A program made the position numbers and the translations under genes. Shown in pieces: positions 51,401 to 59,758 of a DNA stretch of 64,000 nt; position 1 is the stretch's first letter; the number at the start of each line of letters is the position of its first letter. The stretch covers positions 32,001 through 96,000 of the IMG/VR virus record IMGVR_UViG_3300021142_000012, one strand, 5' to 3'. Below the pieces are notes generated by a model. That model was not told the origin of the DNA, made no database searches, and was given only the letters and a program-made list of their open reading frames with translations. Origin of the DNA: a virus.

Positions 51401-54400
51401 AGCCCGTAACTTCAAATCTATCCGATAATTTGTTTACAATAACTGCACTATAGGTTATTTTCTTTACTGGACTTGAACTGTTTAATATAATTGTATAATT
51501 TTCTTGAGGAACAAATATGCTACCAGTACTCAACGGAGTTCTACTATCTAACAATAAATTAAATTTTTCTTTGCTAGTAAATGCACCAACTCGATAGCTT
51601 AACTTAGCTACCATATTTTTTAGATCGTATTGATAAGATTTATAACTTAGTAAGGTATCACTTAGAATATAATTAACAAGATAGTTAATTAATCCTGCCG
51701 TTGAAGACACGCTAGTACTAGAATAAATGTTAGGTAATTGTATATCTGTTGGACGAATTCTTAATCCAGTATTGCTGTAAACTAATTGTCCTGCTAGGTT
51801 CCTTACTATTCTTGATCGATCCAACAGCACGCCAAATGTTTTTGCTGGCTGCAACACTAGAGCTGTGCGTATAACACTAAATGCATAATGGCTGCTTCGA
51901 CGCCAAGCTGCTTCAACTGGCCCAACATCTCCGAATACATAATCTGCATCTGTAAGATTTGTGTTTACTCCCTGTGCAACACCCGCCAAATACGGATTGA
52001 TAACATTGCCTTGATCATCAACTGGAATATGTGCTAGCAAATAGGGTCTAACAAATTTTGTAATAACATATGGAGCACCACTTGGGTCTTTGACTAGTCC
52101 GGCAGCAATGTCTTGCCACATGACTAAATTATCATTAGTATACGGTGCTGGACCATAAAGTGTAATCCACCAAGTAGGTTGATCAGTAAATCCTAACATT
52201 TCCCACGGTGCTTCACTTGGTCTATCTGTGTCATAGATCCAACGATAGATACCTCTCCAATATCCAGGAATATCTCTGCCATCTGGAGCATAATGCCCGC
52301 GATAATTAAATGTTAATGGATTGTTTCTATCATAGCTGGCAGGTTTAGTAAAGTCTCTACCAATGTTGCCGACCCACTTGTAAAAGTTTGGTGCTAGTGC
52401 TTCGTTAAATTCTGTTAGACTATAGTCGTTTGTTCGGTTATAGCTAGGAATTAAATCATGTATATCAAAAATTTCACTATCATACTTTGCTTTAATATTA
52501 TTATAGATACGCATTTCTAATTCTAGAATAATCGCATCTCGATAATCGCCAAAGGCTGCAACTTGACTGCCATCGTGCCCTTGAATAACTAGCGTCGGAG
52601 TTATAAGATTGGTTTCTAAATAAATCTTAGGCTGATATTTTGGCCATAGTCCTAATTTAGTCGGAGTCTCTGGTATGAAGCTTCCGTTTGTATTTTCATA
52701 TTCGTAAGTAGTGATAATGTCGCCATTTGCCAGTGTTGCTGTTATAACAACAAATCCCTGAGGATCAAACGTGTAATCTCTACCGTATAATAATTGGACA
52801 TTGTTATGATAAACTAGAACTGATTTAGTTGATAGTTTATCAAGTGAGAATGGATTACTTAACGGATAATTTTGTATTCTATAGTCTACAACTTTTAAAT
52901 CTCTACGAATCGCAGCACCGTACGCTGCCATGTCACTGAAATAGTACGGACCTGTTTTAGCCTTATCTTGATTAATACGTTGTAAAATAGTATTAACCTG
53001 TACTACAGGATCTGCATCAATTCCAAGATTAGTAGCTGCTGTAATAAAGTTTCTCTTAAAACTTTGATAATCATCTCTAGATTTTTCAATAGCTTTAATA
53101 ATATTATTAGCTTCGGTTGAAATATGATACAATCCTAAACTTAAAGGACCGCTATGCTGTACGAATTTTGTACCATACGCAGTTGAATCACCAATATCTC
53201 TTAGATTGCCTGCGCCTGGATAACTACCTACAAATGTTAGAGAGTTATCTACAATACTTGAAACATGATCAATTACTTCGCCAAGTGTAAAATTTGAAAT
53301 TGTATTATTAAAAGGATTATTTTGTAAATTAACAGGAATTTCATAATAGCCATTACTATTAATAGGTTGAGCAGCATAGGCTTTAATTGTTACTATTTGT
53401 GTCGGTAACGGTGGATAGATAAAATGAATTTGTTTATATACTGTTCCATTATGTATTGACCATAGACTAGGATCTACACGATACCCGTCAACATATACAT
53501 GCACCACTAAATCATTAAGATTGGTAATGTTGTCAAAAATATCTAAAGGAAAATCATTTAAGATATTACTGTTTTTATAAATTCTAACAGCAGCCTGTAT
53601 TGTAGGAACTGCACAAGTCTTCCATCCGTTTACATAACTTAATTGCTGTGTATATCCAGTTTTTACTAGATAACCAGTATCAATATTAATTGTAAAAACA
53701 TCGCTAGTAGTTTTATAAGTAAACGAATCTGTTGCTAGAGTAAAATTAAAAACTATGTCGCCAATATTATCAATATTTTTATAAGCAAGTGGAAATCCTA
53801 ATGCAACATCATTAGAGCCGGTTCCTACCCCATAAGAAAATATTGTTGTTCCCTTAAAGGTCGAACCAAGATACGCTGTCGGGTCGCTAAAGGACACCTT
53901 GTTGTTGTCAACTATATCAAATAACGGTGCTTGATTAGTGCGTGTCTTTTGCTGTCCAGCGACCCATGTAGAACCATTATACCAATACATCTTACTTTGA
54001 TTTAGGTTACCACTCTTAACTAAAATTGTATTATTTTCTATTGGTGTTTGTGTAGGGACTAAATGTATTTGTCGTTGCGCACCAACAATAATAAAATCAA
54101 CTGTGAATACTTGATTTTTTACTAAGACATCAGTATCAGCAATAAACAGCACACGATGTCCTTGAACTAGAGGTACGCCGTCTACAATATAACCAACGGC
54201 ACCTTCTATGTTACTCATAGCATCAGTAGTAACTGTATCAATTACATCAATATCATCATCAATAGCAACGTTACCAAAATTAAATAATTTTAAATCTGCT
54301 TCAAATTCTATAATTGGTCTAATCGCGCGACTTTCTTGATTTAATTCTGGAACATTACCATTGATTGTAGCACTAGCTGTAATAACATCCTTATGGAACC

Positions 54401-55568
54401 AACGATTATATCTTGACCAAGCATTATGATCCTGAGATGATCGATTAATTAATATGTAATCTTTAATACTTGCAAATCCGCTAGCATCAGCGAACGGTCT
54501 GGCGTCAAATGGTGTTGTATCAAACAATACTGCTTCATTTGTAGTATAGGGGCTAACAACTTCTAAAGTTGTTTCTTTAATTAACTTAATAGCTACACCA
54601 ACACCTTCAACATAATAATTACCGGTAGCGTATTCAGCTGGGACTACATTGCCCTCAAAGCGAACTTTCATGCCGTTACTTAATGAAACACCGCTAGGTA
54701 ATGTATAAGTTTTTTTACCTAAAATATCAGCAGTTACATTAAGGTCTGTATTTTCAGTTATATCATAAATTTCAAATACGCCGCCAAGGTCTGGATCTCG
54801 GTTACTAACATAATATAAAATATTTGGAGCATCCGATGTAACTCTAAATGTAATGGTTCCAACTTCAACAGCATTACCAGATAATCCGCTAGGTGGAGTA
54901 TAGTAGTCAATGACACCACCATCACGCACAGTTTTAATAGTAAACGGATTACCAGGGCTATTAATTTCAAACGTATATGTTTGGCCGCGATATAACTTGA
55001 TTGTTGGATTTGGAGTTAACCCATCAGGTGTAAACACATATTGATTATTACCGTGTTCATCCTGTGTTACTACACTTACAAATGTGCTAGAGATGCTGTT
55101 TTGTTGTCCGGCAATTGCAATCGTATCAGGGCCGTAAGGCAACCAATAGTAGTCGCTAAAGTTTACAAATTTGTCCCAATCAATATGTGGACTCCAAGAA
55201 TACATTTCTTGTTTGTTTAATCGAGCATGATTAAGAGTGTTACTACCAAATACATTTAATTGATTAATATAATCTTGATAATCTTTAAAAAATGTTGTGT
55301 TGCCTAGCGTATCCTGTACAGTTAGTCCAGGTTCTAATTGATAATTTTGTCTTGTTTGATCAGCGGCATCAACAAAAATATCTGTTCCTGTAGATGCTTT
55401 TGCATTTTCGCGGCCAATGTATCCACTAATCTTATTGACTGTTCCGGGCTGTATTAATTGATCAATTGTCGCTTGGATAAATTTCTTATTAGCGTCGGAC
55501 TGATAGATTCGCGGAATTAGATCCGACCCTTGACTAGTTGTTGTACTAGGGATTATATTATCAGCCAT
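39435..55568 (-). CDS. Giant (5377 aa) baseplate/tail-associated structural protein
   Basis: Uninterrupted 16-kb ORF directly downstream of the gp6-like wedge gene. Contains CBM5/12-like W...Y..GD.V.Y modules, FG-GAP-like (FG.SLA...VGAP) repeats and GSGY repeats. Confidence 0.8.
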   Translation of the reverse strand: MADNIIPSTTTSQGSDLIPRIYQSDANKKFIQATIDQLIQPGTVNKISGYIGRENAKASTGTDIFVDAADQTRQNYQLEPGLTVQDTLGNTTFFKDYQDYINQLNVFGSNTLNHARLNKQEMYSWSPHIDWDKFVNFSDYYWLPYGPDTIAIAGQQNSISSTFVSVVTQDEHGNNQYVFTPDGLTPNPTIKLYRGQTYTFEINSPGNPFTIKTVRDGGVIDYYTPPSGLSGNAVEVGTITFRVTSDAPNILYYVSNRDPDLGGVFEIYDITENTDLNVTADILGKKTYTLPSGVSLSNGMKVRFEGNVVPAEYATGNYYVEGVGVAIKLIKETTLEVVSPYTTNEAVLFDTTPFDARPFADASGFASIKDYILINRSSQDHNAWSRYNRWFHKDVITASATINGNVPELNQESRAIRPIIEFEADLKLFNFGNVAIDDDIDVIDTVTTDAMSNIEGAVGYIVDGVPLVQGHRVLFIADTDVLVKNQVFTVDFIIVGAQRQIHLVPTQTPIENNTILVKSGNLNQSKMYWYNGSTWVAGQQKTRTNQAPLFDIVDNNKVSFSDPTAYLGSTFKGTTIFSYGVGTGSNDVALGFPLAYKNIDNIGDIVFNFTLATDSFTYKTTSDVFTINIDTGYLVKTGYTQQLSYVNGWKTCAVPTIQAAVRIYKNSNILNDFPLDIFDNITNLNDLVVHVYVDGYRVDPSLWSIHNGTVYKQIHFIYPPLPTQIVTIKAYAAQPINSNGYYEIPVNLQNNPFNNTISNFTLGEVIDHVSSIVDNSLTFVGSYPGAGNLRDIGDSTAYGTKFVQHSGPLSLGLYHISTEANNIIKAIEKSRDDYQSFKRNFITAATNLGIDADPVVQVNTILQRINQDKAKTGPYYFSDMAAYGAAIRRDLKVVDYRIQNYPLSNPFSLDKLSTKSVLVYHNNVQLLYGRDYTFDPQGFVVITATLANGDIITTYEYENTNGSFIPETPTKLGLWPKYQPKIYLETNLITPTLVIQGHDGSQVAAFGDYRDAIILELEMRIYNNIKAKYDSEIFDIHDLIPSYNRTNDYSLTEFNEALAPNFYKWVGNIGRDFTKPASYDRNNPLTFNYRGHYAPDGRDIPGYWRGIYRWIYDTDRPSEAPWEMLGFTDQPTWWITLYGPAPYTNDNLVMWQDIAAGLVKDPSGAPYVITKFVRPYLLAHIPVDDQGNVINPYLAGVAQGVNTNLTDADYVFGDVGPVEAAWRRSSHYAFSVIRTALVLQPAKTFGVLLDRSRIVRNLAGQLVYSNTGLRIRPTDIQLPNIYSSTSVSSTAGLINYLVNYILSDTLLSYKSYQYDLKNMVAKLSYRVGAFTSKEKFNLLLDSRTPLSTGSIFVPQENYTIILNSSSPVKKITYSAVIVNKLSDRFEVTGYSQTEPYFKYYPYLGSGATVNIGGISEGYVVWTAYQQYISGQVVSYNKQFYRVISTHTTETTFQIKYYSLLGSLPIVGGVDAIIRTKWDRNNPITVPYGTDFLTIQEVVDFLLGYGEYLKDQGFIFDNFNGNLAAVTNWETSAKEFIFWTTQNWSTGQDKWADWIPNQPVAYQAIVKYNGDYYQAIQLVAPSASFDYTKYVKLDGLSGVGSSVISLSPAADSITFSSTLSVADSIQNKFNTYEIFKVDGTPLEPNFINLYRKDNATTYKTTTADGIYGASFYLIQKEQIILLDNSTLFNDTIYNPETGYRQERIKVSGYVSTNWYGGFDIPGFIYDQAIIQNWSAWQDYALGDVVKYKEYYYTADQRVVGSEKFNIKAADGTVNWVQLAAKPTAKLLPNWNYKASQFTDFYSLDSDNFDASQQKVAQHLIGYQKRQYLDNIIQDDVSEFKFFQGMIREKGTQNVLNKLFNVLSADNLESLTFYEEWAVRLGEYGASKAYENIEFILDESLFKTNPQGFELDETLSPPYNDLIIRQVPTDIYLKPMGYNSNPWPLVNNYRSFLRTAGFVRTSEVKVTLAHLSDITSQDITNFYSGDYIWIGFEGVSWNVYRMTLANINIVNITYSQNQLIITSDSDHSLLAGEYIGIKEVTGFAGFYQIVAVDNVTITVSAPNLANPPAVPFTEQHRAIIFILTSNRATTINSGDQRLLQDIKKGELVWVDSATFNGEKLWSVWQNIPVYNLSEIDYGYPSDGLGLGRSATLSQDGLLLISMTNAGQILVWDKPITSATSWTQRESIAIPTIANNDSFGGNPNASSIIGEVLALSYDKTWLAVGSPAASYAASHWKGSWSQSSTYSTKDIISYNGIYYQATQNVTTNTPPVVTATARGTVVYANISASVVGTTGTWYSVNYSPTTAFTAVQRIVVNGTTGLYVGQTVSGIGIPTATIISTVVINSNNTATLTLSNAVTSITATTVITFGGALVTIGSNSVFQTTSLVVNSTVGIIPGMLVQGEGITAATLVLSIDATNKIIILDTPTYGQPTGKILFGANTIAVSSSTQGLLIGNQMTVIGVNIPTGATLTGSTLNSAGNSYILFLSQQVTGTVSGTGTFATIAKQTTATSGSNTITVSNNTNILVGQSVTGLGIPTGTTVTGINGTAIGISSSTTGVVNSVVVFGLNQISVSSVVGNIAALQQVIGVGIPALTTVVNVNGATVFLNTNITQTVYGTLQFQGGSTYWTIIEYIPVDSTGTNSSLTAQGAVSIYKKDSNNIFTLVDTILSPNPISNERFGASLAFVNHASATGQSAYSLFVGAPGANSGVGKVYQFKYENAIQTTAGYNASSSSDSSVISVIVTNAGSGYTTNPTVNIAASTVSGSIPAKATSIIGLISINIISTGAGYHVNDLLTVVGGTYSQAATIRVASIGTNGTITSAVIYNPGAYTVAATVAPSIGHTPLTKNVPVTGGNGTSASFDLFFGVVSIAVVIPGSGYDKKALPLVTFSSTTGTGASAYATIGSTIGVSDTTNIVPGMLVSNATTINGVASIGNAFTSSQTVTQILQNPLYPTVRAGSVVISAAPDITPTGILYFTIPGWAYDSSFSAPTVDSNNQPISLYGFGSSLATNTSGIGNSLVISAPGTVVNSGATLVTTPGAAIVFRFNTATLSWTQSQIITGKTYGYATSVALSTYGGSLTLQAGQSQTFVEYLAIGSPLDGTGNVQIFYYDTASSQFLSYQSLFNIKPKNQGQFGYKLAFGYFSDTLVVYSNNADAQITTTFDKGNTVFDSNATRFRHTESNSGSIAVYDADTATGTKFTIGEILENATSSNSKYGQSIAIGTYNIVVGAPSATITAVLNNCSIVGTILTVGSVTTGQVVVGMTLAGAGLAPGTTIVSGNSGRYLVSISQTVSNIIITGTSTIANGKLFEYTKPANTFAWNPIHLEEPKIDISKIKRAFIYDRSTNQVLTYLDVIDPIQGRIPGPADQEIKYKSFNDPAIYSQGDSTVNVRPGMAWTSAQVGQLWWDLSTAKFIDSHDVDVAYRTSNWSTLFPGASIDIYEWVGTTYTPDRWNSLADTDAGLTQGISGQTLYNTSIYSVVTKYDNISNSAKNTYYFWVKNKTTVPNVLGRSVSAQSVSNLIANPRGEGYKFLALTGPNSFALANVKTLLKNTDAVLSVEYWTIDKPTQRNIHRQYAIISNDPTTQLPARIEEKWIDSLCGKDATDREVPDTSLPPKLRYGIEFQPRQSMFLNRFEALKQVIEQTNLVMAANQIAEQKNIAPLDTYETEPNIILGEYDAVKDTDTELSYINIGNFVTPKLTPIIVDGKITGINIVTAGSGYLQAPYISVIGSGDGAVLRATIDSTTGAITGATVIAAGEGYDSNTLLTTRTYSILVHQDTQAGGSWSIYGYDITTQTWSRVRTQSYDVRKYRTYIDWYATGFNQNSSPTLAVDTFTDLATISPAIGDTVKVKNNNKGGWTLLQKYANSTSIDYTQSYNVIGIENGTVQFSSALYEFTDTVYGYDGSLYDGNNFDLTATKELRIILNTIKNNILIDDLRKNYLDLFFYNVRYAFSEQTELDWIFKTSFIKAEHNVGSLNQPVTYQPDNLSNFEDYINEVKPYRSKIREYVSNYNSIELDQNMITDFDLPGTYANGLFQGINTGFSNGVITSDNNLITTYPWKNWLDNVGFSVVDLKIVDGGSGYISEPTVEFTSPVGAGAKARAFIANGKVNRIELTNVDQYGASGKGYLAAPTVTLNGGYDVSGTPAKVVAIIGNSVIRTNTIGIKFDRITQNYLITGLTHTETFTGTGSRVQFALAWAPNISIGNSTVTITMPGSKHATPVLRDLYTLAITSDTSRGYTNYYGTVTFITAPANGATITVNYQTDWSLLNAADRIQFLYNPQSGQQGKDLAQLMTGIDYGGVVVDAIGFEINSGWGSLPYYSDKWDSIDSTSTDYVVQVAANTHSFTLPYTPTAGTLLNVYYSQLYTENYTSDGATLQYTYNPRDIAPTITVTASSALGTAHSISGSTYLSNHAGSNVISLASTVGIFVNDSVTISPYVANNIALNTQVTAILNSTDVQISQILYTDIAGGSTVAFTRPLTVLTQLNPFGKGLITLNTPIATGSVLSISSYLQPIRLDDANFGTSGQTNSTAIMQTITADGISNTVVIPNTFTVNSNDKFFIRQSTSDGSFAPQQADYDTALTGGDLAYSSATGLAADDILVDGDQFVTPTTSPAPEEVVPGQVVDAVAIKVFEKPLNGAATIKVDNHIADGITTQFSMAQTPNSKNAVIVKTVTQGVSQIMTVIDDYTVDYRNNEILFNNPPAAGAMISIFNIGFSGANILDIDHFVGDGVTTEFITKSNYVIPNTSLVYIDGTAQSNVAYQLFETDKTYVLANLIGLRFASPPAFGALISYVIVSGSQQTFAVTKKEKIIPNGSATYTLQYPIGNTVPVEKSMIVRVDNKILTPPSLSYFKLANNKLNYTIDNTKFPPFTANATDFIITINNILLKPGVDYSIDLSGVTIKITKVIYNLYAGSTLSISISTGAGYTYNSTTGQITFAQNYDAGHIIEVMSSYNHDILDMQTTTVNNNPALSYTPDTIQFYNYKAIANGTILLDRPVVDSDYVWLEQNGNLLSPNIDYIVLSDKQTLQMAKFPAPNDKLVVLTFGNNVLTSGVAYMQFKDMLNRVVFKRLNANKQTNLAVDLYPTDLTITVVDASTFDLPSPANNKPGIIEIRGERIEFFTVTGNVLGQLRRGTLGTGVAMVHRAGATVQEIGASETIPYQDTITTSQIISDGTSIVPLSFTPKKASTLWTYASGFTSSVPVGYGASNELDVFVGGYNSVDWAPGVAYNVGDIVNFASYQYKCIVANTSSTNFNNDAAKWSYFIGNIRLKKNPYTVYNVNKAPTSPEGDVQFDAEFAVDGTTNSLRLTTPITAGTRVTIVKRTGQIWDSTVNIQEDNGPYATFIKAVPGAWYTGYNQHQIVSIDSAAITDDNTNITIDQG

Positions 55569-58500
55569 TTGTTGATCCGTATGTTGAACTTGTAATTACT
55601 TGACTTGTTGCATTAGTTGTTACTGCTGTACCTGCAATTGATTTGATTCCTGTAGCTGTGATATCTGTAATAATATCTATATCGCTAACAGTTGCCGTGC
55701 TTATGAATAATTCATTGCTAGCACTGGTTATTTCAAATAAACTACCAAAACTTAAACCACCTAGCCTTGGGACGATTACGAAACTAGAAATATCTGGAGC
55801 CATCTGTGTCATCACATAAGTTGCCATTTCTGTAAAATAAAAAGTATCTCCAAAATCCCAATTACCTAAACTAAAATAATCATTAATAGCTGTAATAATT
55901 CGAGATTTAATATCGTTATCACTTAATACTTCGCTTGAATTTTTGATTACTTTAAATGATGCTTGTAATTCTGCAGGAGCAGTTTGTCCAAATAAAGTTT
56001 TATATTGTACTGAATGATATATGATTTCATCAGACAAACTCTTAATCAAATTAAGATTAGGCGATAATAAATCATATAACTCATCAGTTCCTGGAGGCAA
56101 CGGCTGGGTAGTTGATACCCCAGCTATCCACTGCCTAAATGCAGTATCATAATTGTTTGTTAATACATAAACGTCAACAATGTTACTTGCACCGGGATCG
56201 ATCCTACTTTCATAATCTGCATTATGGATATATTGAAATTTTAAATTATCTCGGCCTACATAAACTTTATAATCTAATGTAGGCACGAGTGTAGCTGTAG
56301 CTAGATTTAATTTCTTAACAACATTAGTATCTTGGAAGTAAAAATATTGTCCATCAGTATATTGTGTAAGTTGGCCAACACTTGCTTGACTTGGCATGAT
56401 CATTACAGTTGGATTTGCAGGATCATTATATGCATACCGATAATCTTCTTGCCCTTGTGCTATAGTATATTTTTGTTCTATAATGTAAGTAGTCAGATTA
56501 AATATTACTTGTGCAACATTTAAATTAGTTGAATTAGGCACACTTAATCCAATAGTACTACCATTAACTGATGTAACTGTAGCGTAATTGCCGATGCCTT
56601 GTCCTGTTACAGTCATTCCAGTAACAATACCAGTTGGATCTTGGACTAAAATTGTAGATTGTAAAATAATACCGGTAGCATATGTCTGCACCACTGGTGT
56701 AACTAAATCTAAAAATAGTTGCGGATTATCTACTGTAGAATTAACTTCAGATGCTGTAAATCCTATAACTAGTTTACTATTATCTACATAGCCGTCAAGG
56801 CCTTTCCATTCTTCTACAATATTCCAGTTATAGTCTTGACCGAATGGTATACGATCATTGGGCTTTTGATTTATGCTTAAAACACTGATAGTATCTTGTA
56901 CAATCATGTTGTTAATACTATCATAAATTTTCTTGCTAGAATCAAAATAGAAACTAATTTGTGCCGCACTTTCGAACACATATCTGCTAGCACGATTAGT
57001 AATTGTATATGTCACATTATCTGTGGTGAATAATAACAACCAGCTGGAATCTTGATTTTGATTAGTTATGTCGCCTTGCTTGCCAAGACTAAATGCACTG
57101 ACCCTGTCTAAATTACTTTCGTAAATAATTTGCCATGTCTGTGTAAATGCATCGTAACGCAGACCAAATGCCATGTTAGCGTAAATTAAATCAATCATCG
57201 CAGTAACTACTGAAGGAGTAATACTAGTAGTCCAAGGCGGAATAATTTGAGAAATTATTGGCGTAGCAATTATTGATCCTGCACTGTTAGTCAATGCCGG
57301 CAACGGTTTATTTAAGGTAACCGGACCTAATCCTGTAGACAATACAGTTGATCCAGTTGATGCATATGCAGCAGTGCCATCATCAACAACTAGCGATACT
57401 TCGGCCCAAATGTAAAGCAATGCTGAAGGAGGTAATGTAGCACCTAGTGTATATGGTGTAAGTGTGTTGGCGTTATTAGAATCAAAATAGTATCCAGAGG
57501 GTGGCACAAATTTTATAAGACTGCCAACTTGGAAATATTTTAGATCTGTTGCCGTAAATTGTCCTAGGCGTAATGGAATTTTTGTAATGGCATCACCGAT
57601 ATAACCAGTACCGGAAATTGAATCTGTTGTCTCTTGATACCATGCATAGTTAGCACTAGTCTGTATTGTATTAATGTAGTTACTGTAGTAGTAATTCTTT
57701 AAATTATTATTAGCTAGAATATCATATACATTATTATAGATAACATCATAGATGTCAGTTTTTGTTAGATATGAAAATAAAAATGTCGAGCTATAAACTT
57801 CATTAAAAAGAACACCGTCTGTACCAAACAGCGTAGTTGAACCATACTTACCTGTTGGATCTGTAAGATCAAAATAACGACTAATTCCGCTGCTTGTTCT
57901 GTTAATGGCTTTAACTTTAGCAACTTGGGTACTAGCACTTAGTGGGCTAATGTTATAGTCCTCTGCCGTGATCATTCTATTTTGTGTATAGTAAGTCTGC
58001 GGAGCATTAGTTTTAATACTATCGTTTGATTCTGCGGCTGCTGCGTTAGAAACTCCTACTGTCAATCCCATCGTAATAGATAAGTTTTGAGTTTGACCGG
58101 CAGCGTTAATATACGGTACTGCTATTGTAACACTCTTTATATCTGCTGTACTGATTGTATATGCAAGCCCGTTACTTACGCGATAGTATGCTCTAAAATT
58201 ACCGAGTGGTAAATTACCAAATGTACCATCACTAAATTGCACACTAACTTGATCATTTACTCTACTGATCACAGCATATATGTTTTTAATATTTTTATTT
58301 AGACTATTATAAATTACATTATTGCCCGACAATGATGGGATCTGTGTCCAATATTCTGACTCATTGCCGTTGTTGTCTAGACGATATAACCAGACATCTG
58401 AATCGTTAATATTATTTGCATCAATATCAATACTTTGATTACTACTTGGTTGACTTATGTTAAACACACCTTGATTTAATGTGCCCTGTGTAAAATTAAA

Positions 58501-59265
58501 GAAGAATCCGTTGGCAGAACTTCCAGGTCCATGCCCATCATCTTTATAAACACAAGCTAGTGTATTTCCAACCTCTGGCGGCTCTTCATAGATATATGAT
58601 TGTCCTTTGAATGTTGTACTAGTAACTTCAAATGCCATTGACCGTCCTGCTACTGTTTTTGTAAAGCTATAAACAGGTACACCGGAAATAGCACTATTAA
58701 TTCTATATTGTTGAGTCGGTATTCCATAGATATTCGCAGAAGCTGCTGGGCTACCAAATTGCTGTGTACTCGGAAATGCTGCATTTATAACTCTAATAAA
58801 TTGATCATACCAATTAGTATTACTTGAATCGTTCCAAACAATTGGCTGGCCGCCAAGGTTTCTGCCGTTAGCATCTGTTATATTTTCATCTGTAGTAATA
58901 CTAGTAACTTTTAATAGACCGCTTGCAGCAGTATTGCGCTTGGCATTATAACTGATCATGCGAGCAAGACGTAGGATACTATCTCTGCGTTCGCTTAGTT
59001 CTAAGAAGTTATCACGAGCATTTAAATCAACGCGGAAAGCTATGCTTTGGCCCAAGAATGCTATCAAATCTATTAGGGCAAGGTATTCGCTAGACTCAAC
59101 ATAATCGTTAAAATCTTCTGGATAATTCGTACGAATATAATCAATCATCGTGCGACGCAGATTTTCAAAGTCGTAGCTAGTGAAGTCGGCATTGCGGAAA
59201 GATTGATAAATCTTCTTCCAATCTTGGGCTAGTAATAGCCTATTCTGTCTTGTAGTTACACTCAT
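55561..59265 (-). CDS. Baseplate wedge protein (T4 gp6-like)
   Basis: DFTSYDFENLR...YPEDFNDY.ESSE...LARMISYNAKR and NRMITAEDY motifs. Confidence 0.8.
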   Translation of the reverse strand: MSVTTRQNRLLLAQDWKKIYQSFRNADFTSYDFENLRRTMIDYIRTNYPEDFNDYVESSEYLALIDLIAFLGQSIAFRVDLNARDNFLELSERRDSILRLARMISYNAKRNTAASGLLKVTSITTDENITDANGRNLGGQPIVWNDSSNTNWYDQFIRVINAAFPSTQQFGSPAASANIYGIPTQQYRINSAISGVPVYSFTKTVAGRSMAFEVTSTTFKGQSYIYEEPPEVGNTLACVYKDDGHGPGSSANGFFFNFTQGTLNQGVFNISQPSSNQSIDIDANNINDSDVWLYRLDNNGNESEYWTQIPSLSGNNVIYNSLNKNIKNIYAVISRVNDQVSVQFSDGTFGNLPLGNFRAYYRVSNGLAYTISTADIKSVTIAVPYINAAGQTQNLSITMGLTVGVSNAAAAESNDSIKTNAPQTYYTQNRMITAEDYNISPLSASTQVAKVKAINRTSSGISRYFDLTDPTGKYGSTTLFGTDGVLFNEVYSSTFLFSYLTKTDIYDVIYNNVYDILANNNLKNYYYSNYINTIQTSANYAWYQETTDSISGTGYIGDAITKIPLRLGQFTATDLKYFQVGSLIKFVPPSGYYFDSNNANTLTPYTLGATLPPSALLYIWAEVSLVVDDGTAAYASTGSTVLSTGLGPVTLNKPLPALTNSAGSIIATPIISQIIPPWTTSITPSVVTAMIDLIYANMAFGLRYDAFTQTWQIIYESNLDRVSAFSLGKQGDITNQNQDSSWLLLFTTDNVTYTITNRASRYVFESAAQISFYFDSSKKIYDSINNMIVQDTISVLSINQKPNDRIPFGQDYNWNIVEEWKGLDGYVDNSKLVIGFTASEVNSTVDNPQLFLDLVTPVVQTYATGIILQSTILVQDPTGIVTGMTVTGQGIGNYATVTSVNGSTIGLSVPNSTNLNVAQVIFNLTTYIIEQKYTIAQGQEDYRYAYNDPANPTVMIMPSQASVGQLTQYTDGQYFYFQDTNVVKKLNLATATLVPTLDYKVYVGRDNLKFQYIHNADYESRIDPGASNIVDVYVLTNNYDTAFRQWIAGVSTTQPLPPGTDELYDLLSPNLNLIKSLSDEIIYHSVQYKTLFGQTAPAELQASFKVIKNSSEVLSDNDIKSRIITAINDYFSLGNWDFGDTFYFTEMATYVMTQMAPDISSFVIVPRLGGLSFGSLFEITSASNELFISTATVSDIDIITDITATGIKSIAGTAVTTNATSQVITSSTYGSTNG

Positions 59266-59281
59266 GAATTATCCCTATATG

Positions 59282-59290
59282 TGTATTTAT
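59282..59290 (-). promoter_or_regulatory. Putative late promoter motif ATAAATACA
   Basis: Intergenic, about 17 nt upstream of the gp6-like start. Confidence 0.6.
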
Positions 59291-59312
59291 TTTGTATAAT
59301 AATCTACGTATT

Positions 59313-59756
59313 TTATTGTGTTATCAATCCGTTAGCTTGATCGAACTGTATCTGCAGAGTCTGCTGTAGATTATAAGTTATGTAGGTTAATTTTAGTTCT
59401 ATTTGTATTCCGCTTTCGTAAGGGGTAACTAAGATCTGATCAGCACGCACTCGAGGTTCATTGGATACTATTTGCTGTATATTTTGTAGGATAAGATTTT
59501 TAAGACCATCTGTTAGAGGCTCAAATAATAGATCCCATATAATACACCCGTAGGTAGGATTCATTAGACGCTCACCTTGGCGTATATAAAAATTATTCAG
59601 TAAATCTTGTTTAACTAACTGAAAATCATACAATGCATAATTCTCTGTATCGGGACTTATTGTGCTAAATCCGCGATATTGCTGTATAATATTTTGATCA
59701 TTATTTTTAGCATTAGTTAGTGCTATTTTATTATAAAGGTTAGCTGGGGCACTCAT
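59313..59756 (-). CDS. Baseplate wedge subunit (T4 gp25-like)
   Basis: LLNNFYIRQGERLMNPTYGCIIWDLLFEP...EPRV. Confidence 0.85.
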   Translation of the reverse strand: MSAPANLYNKIALTNAKNNDQNIIQQYRGFSTISPDTENYALYDFQLVKQDLLNNFYIRQGERLMNPTYGCIIWDLLFEPLTDGLKNLILQNIQQIVSNEPRVRADQILVTPYESGIQIELKLTYITYNLQQTLQIQFDQANGLITQ

Positions 59757-59758
59757 AA

